This document shows, piece after piece, positions 47,757 through 51,971 of a DNA stretch of 51,971 nucleotides. The position numbers were made by a program, and so were the translations under genes. Origin of the DNA: Chiloscyllium plagiosum. Its lineage: Eukaryota. The notes below the pieces were generated by a model. The model saw only the letters and a program-made list of their open reading frames with translations, did no database searches and had not been told where the DNA came from. The DNA lies in NCBI RefSeq assembly GCF_004010195.1, contig NC_057755.1, positions 10,892,680 to 10,944,650 of the forward strand. Direction: 5' to 3'. The stretch's first letter is position 1, and the number at the start of each line of letters is the position of its first letter.

Positions 47757-49097
47757 CTAACCCCGTGTTATCCCTGTCCTGGGAGTGTTTAATAGGAACA
47801 GTGCAGAGGGAGATTTACTCTGAATCTCACCCCGCGCTGTCCATGTCCTGGAGTGTTTAATAGGAACAGTGCAGTGGGAGATTTACTCTGAATCTAACCC
47901 CGCGCTGTCCATCTCCTGGGAGTGTTTAATAGGAACAGTGCAGAGGGAGATTTACTCTGTATCTAACCCCATGCTGTTCCTGTCCTGGGAGTGTTTGATG
48001 TTGAACAATGTAGAGGGAGTTTTACTCTGTATCTTACCCCAAGCTGTCCTTGTCCTGGGAGTGTTCGATGGGACAGTGTAGGGGGATCTTAGCCCTGTAT
48101 TTCAGCATGCGCTGTCGCTTTCCTGGGACTATCTGTTGGGTTTAGTGTCAAGAAATCTTTACTGTGTACCTAACCTTGTGCTATCCCTGTCCTGGTGGTG
48201 TTTGATGGGACAGTGTAGAGGCAGATTTGTCCCTGTCCTGGGAGTGTTTAATAGGAACAGTGCAGAGGGAGATTTACTCTGTACCTAACCCCGCGCTGTC
48301 CATGTCCTGGGAGTGTTTAACAGGAACTGTGCAGAGGGAGATTTACTCTGCATCTAACCCCGCGCTGTCCATGTCCTGGGAGTGTTTAATAGGAACAGTG
48401 CAGAGGGAGATTTACTCTATATCTAACCCCGCGCTGTCCATGTCCTGGAGTGTTTAACAGGAACTGTGCAGAGGGAGATTTACTCTGTATCTAACCCCGC
48501 GCTGTCCATGTCCTGGAGTGTTTAATAGGAACTGTGCAGAGGGAGATTTACTCTGTATCTAACCCCGCGCTGTCCATGTCCTGGCAGTGTTTAATAGGAA
48601 CAGTGCAGAGGGAGTTTTACTCTGAACCTAACCCCGTGCTGTCCCTGTCCTGGGAGTGTTTAATAGGAACAGTGCAGAGGGAGATTTACTCTATATCTAA
48701 CCCCATGCTGTCCCCGTCCTGGGAGTGTTTGATGTTGAACAATGTAGAGGGAGTTTTACTCTGTATCTTACCCCACGCTGTCCCTGTCCTGGGAGTGTTC
48801 GATGGGACAGTGTAGGGGGATCTTAGACCTGTATTTCAGCATGCGCTGTCGCTTTCCTGGGACTATCTGTTGGGTTTCGTGTCAAGAAATCTTTACTGTG
48901 TACCTAACCTTGTGCTGTCCCTGTCCTGGTGGTGTTTGATGGGACAGTGTAGAGGCAGATTTACTCTGTATCTAGCCCCACACTGTCACTATACTGGGCG
49001 TGTTTGGTGGGACAGTAGAGAGGGAGAGATCCTCTGTATTTAATCCCCATGCTGACCCTGTAATGGGTGTGTTTGATGGGACAGTGGAGAGGGAAAT
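47757..49097 (+). repeat. 69-bp minisatellite array, about 19-20 units, with a higher-order repeat
   Basis: Unit CCCCGCGCTGTCCATGTCCTGGGAGTGTTTAATAGGAACAGTGCAGAGGGAGATTTACTCTGTATCTAA, seen as 23-aa periodicity in the ORF track. A block of variant units near 47990 recurs near 48725. Confidence 0.92.
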
Positions 49098-49381
49098 TTT
49101 CCTCGGATGGTGAAGGCTAACATGAGGGGACATAGCTTTAAATTGAGGGGTGATGGCTTTCGGACAGATATCGGGTTAGTTTCTTTACTCAGAGAGTAGT
49201 AAGGGTGTGCAATGGCCTGCCTGCAACAGTAGTAGACTCGCTGACACTAAGGGCAGTGAAATGGGCATTAGACATACACATGGTTAAGAACGGAATGGTG
49301 TCAGTTCGAGGGGATCAGATGAATTTCACAGGTCGGTGCAACATCGAGGGCCGAAGGGCCTGGACTGTACTGTAATGTTGC
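49098..49381 (+). mobile_element. CR1/HER1-type LINE 3' tail abutting the minisatellite
   Basis: RGHSFKLRG...FFTQRVV remnant and a GGGCCGAAGGGCCTG..CTGTACTGTAATGTT tail. Confidence 0.8.
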
Positions 49382-49579
49382 ATGGAAGGCACTAAATGAG
49401 AGTTTAATTTGATAATAGTCAGGGATTAGTAGTAAATGGCTGTCGAAATGGGGTGGGAGCCGTCCGCATTCCTGACTGACTGTCGAACCCAAACACTTCC
49501 ACAATGTTCACTCAGTGCAGTTCAACCCTTTAATATTACAATAATGTCCAGACAGATATTCCCATTTAATTTTTTAACA

Positions 49580-51095
49580 TTACGATCCCACTTGCCAAGA
49601 TCATTTCATGTGCCATTCCTGCTCTCCTAATTCCCTGCATGAGTTTTTTCCTGCTTTCTTTATATCCCTCGCAGGCCCTGTTCGATTTCAGCTTCCAAAA
49701 CCTTACATATGTTTCTTTTCTCCTTTTGACTAAATTCCCAACCTCCCTCAGCCTCCAAGAACCCTTTCCTTGTCACCCTTGTCCTTCCTCCTTACTAGAA
49801 CATGCCGGGCCGAATTCTGATCTGTAGATCTTTAAACAATTCTCACGTGTCAGACTGGACTGGCCAGGTAACAGCTCCTCCCAGTTACCATTCCCTAACG
49901 CCTGCCTAATATTGACCTAATTTGTCTTCCCACAAAGGAGGTAGCCCTCTTCGCTGTCCACTACGCCTCCAATTTTGGTGTTATCTGCAAACTTACTAAC
50001 TGTACCTCTTATGCTTGCATCCAAATCATTTATGTAAATGACAAAAAGTAGAGGAACCAGCACCGATCCTTGTGGCACTCCACTGGTCACAGGCCTCCAG
50101 TGTGAAAAACAGCCCTCCACCACCACCCTCTGTCTTCTACCTTTGAGCCAGTTCTGTACCCAAATGGCGAGTTCTCTCTGTATTCCGTGAGATCTAACAT
50201 TGCTAATCAGTCTCCCATGGGGAACCTTGTCGAGCCTTAATGAAGTCCATATAGATAACAGTTACCACTCTGCCCTCATCAATCTTCTTTGTTACTTCTT
50301 CAAAAAATTCAATCAAGTTTGTGAGACATGATTTCCCACGAACAAAGCCCTGTTGACTATCCCTAATCAGTCCTTGCCTTTCCAAATACATGTACATCCT
50401 GTCCCTCAGGATTCCCTCCAACAACGTACCCACCACAGAGGTCAGGCTCACCGGTCTATAGTTCCCTGGCTTGTCTTTATCGCCCTTCTGAAACAATGGC
50501 ACCACGTTTGCCAACCTCCAGTCTTCCGGCCCATCACCTGTGACTATCGATGATACAAATATCTCAGCAAGAGGCCCAGCAATCACTTCTCTAGCTTCCC
50601 ACAGAGTTCTCGGGTACACCTGATCAGGTCCTGGGGATTTATCCACCTTGATGCGTTTGAATGCGTCCGGTACCGTCTCCTCTGTAATATGGACACTTTG
50701 CAAGATGTCACTATTTATTTCTCTAACTTCCACACCCTTCTCCATAGTGAACACTGATGCAAAATACTCAGTCGTGTTTTTTCTGCAGCACCACACAGTC
50801 CTTGCTGATCTTTGAGGGGCCCTATTCTCTCCCCCGTCACCCTTTTGCCCTTAATGCAAAATCCCTATGGATTCTCCTTAACCCTATTTGCCAAAGCAAT
50901 CTCCTGACTTCTTGCTGCCTTCCTGATTTCTCTCTCGAGTATCTCTTCTTTCTACTTTTCTCTAGATCCCAGCTGTGTCTACCTGACAATATGCTTCCTT
51001 GGTTCTCTTGACCAGAGACTCATTTTCTCCAGCCGTCCAGCGCTCCTTACCCCTACCAGTCTTGCCCTTCACACAAACAGGAACATAACGGTCTT
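49580..51095 (-). mobile_element. CR1/HER1 LINE ORF2 fragments
   Basis: ORFs 50203-50796 (KSPGPD, NYRPVSLTS, GFVRGKSCLTNL) and 49917-50126 ([15 protein letters not shown]). Confidence 0.9.
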
Positions 51096-51971
51096 TGCAC
51101 TCTCATCTCGCTTTGGAAAGGGTGCTCCACTTTCCAGTGTGTCCTTACCTGGAGATTGTCTCTCCCAACTCACTTCTGAAAGATCTGGCCTGTTACTGTT
51201 ACCATTGGCCTGACTCCAATTTAGAAGCTTAACTTTCAGATCTTCTTCAAGTAAAAACAAATCTCCCGATTTCCTGACCCGGTCTGAAGCTGCAGCTCCT
51301 GAAAGTAAGTCTGGAAAGTGACTGAACAGCACAACTGCGGCAGAACCAGAAAGTGCTGAAACCCGTCTTGAAACTTTGTCCAATCAGAACCTTCGACGTT
51401 TCTGTTGCCAGGCAGATGTTATATGAGCAGTTTACCATGCCAGCGGTACTCTGTTTAGATCAAGAGATAGAGGGAGGGGAAATCACTCATAAAAGCAGCT
51501 CTGTCTGTGAGATTCCTTGCTTGAGTTGCAAACTATGACCTACTTTTTAACATCTTTTCTAGTTCTATCCAGTGGGAACTTTTATTTTTTCAACTTATCT
51601 TGCTGCTGAGTATCACTTTGGAGCTGAATAATCCTCACCATTCTTTCAAAGGAAAGTACGTGCTGGGATTTGAAGCGTTGTAACTAACGCTGATATCAGT
51701 CTGGTTTGGCATATTTTTTATATTTAACTTCGATCTGAGCTGAAAGAATTCCTGTAGGAGAGAATAAACTTTTTCTTCCCACACTAAAAGTGAAATTTGC
51801 TGACACTGTGATGAGCTGGTGTAAAGGTTATTCAGCATCGATTTGACTGTAAAATAAGAAGTAACTTAGAAGTTTCTAATCAGTCTCTATAGACGTGTCA
51901 TGACATATTTAGGGTGCAGGTGGGACTTGGCCCAGAGGTGGGGACGCTACCACTGTGTCAAAAACCACAAG

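Larger units (their letters stand above)
4487..51971. repeat. Large imperfect inverted segmental duplication (palindrome) centred near 30.5-32 kb
   Basis: Reverse-complement matches: 4487-7530 vs 51971-47440, 7550-8180 vs 45095-44510, 13520-22550 vs 40970-34740, and 24830-30455 vs 37620-32053. Mirrored ORFs are identical or nearly so (111 aa at 27792 / 34401; 104 aa at 5074 / 51069). Confidence 0.85.

Noticed and set aside
47757..49097. CRISPR-like array or repeat protein (23-aa periodic ORFs)
   Set aside because: The units are contiguous with no unique spacers, there are no cas genes, the context is eukaryotic, and frames are broken by indels and stops. It is a minisatellite.

Overview
This is eukaryotic genomic DNA, almost certainly from a shark or other elasmobranch, judged by HE1-type V-SINEs, a SacSINE1-like DeuSINE, CR1/HER1 LINEs and Penelope elements. 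It is a draft assembly with four N gaps: 517-1016, 27557-27761, 31553-32052 and 35150-35900. The only host gene family present is a cluster of three GVIN1/VLIG-URGCP-like interferon-inducible very large GTPase copies. Copy A (+, 15501-22301) is a multiply disabled pseudogene with a young Penelope insertion. Copy B (+, 24830 to at least 27556) has an open frame but is cut at the GTPase G3 motif by a G26 run. Copy C (-, 39694-34995) appears intact at roughly 1600 aa, with part hidden in a gap. As assembled, almost the whole window (4487-51971) is one imperfect, tail-to-tail inverted duplication centred near 31 kb, with nested tandem duplications, a micro-inversion and arm-specific insertions. 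The centre coincides with a round 500-N gap, so the orientation needs confirmation. Smaller items of note are minimal hammerhead ribozyme motifs in Penelope pLTRs, a candidate composite VNTR plus LINE-tail retroelement with an empty site in the other arm, a Gmr1-like Gypsy remnant and candidate upstream exons. I see no evidence of a wholly new system. All identities were judged by eye and repeat boundaries are approximate.
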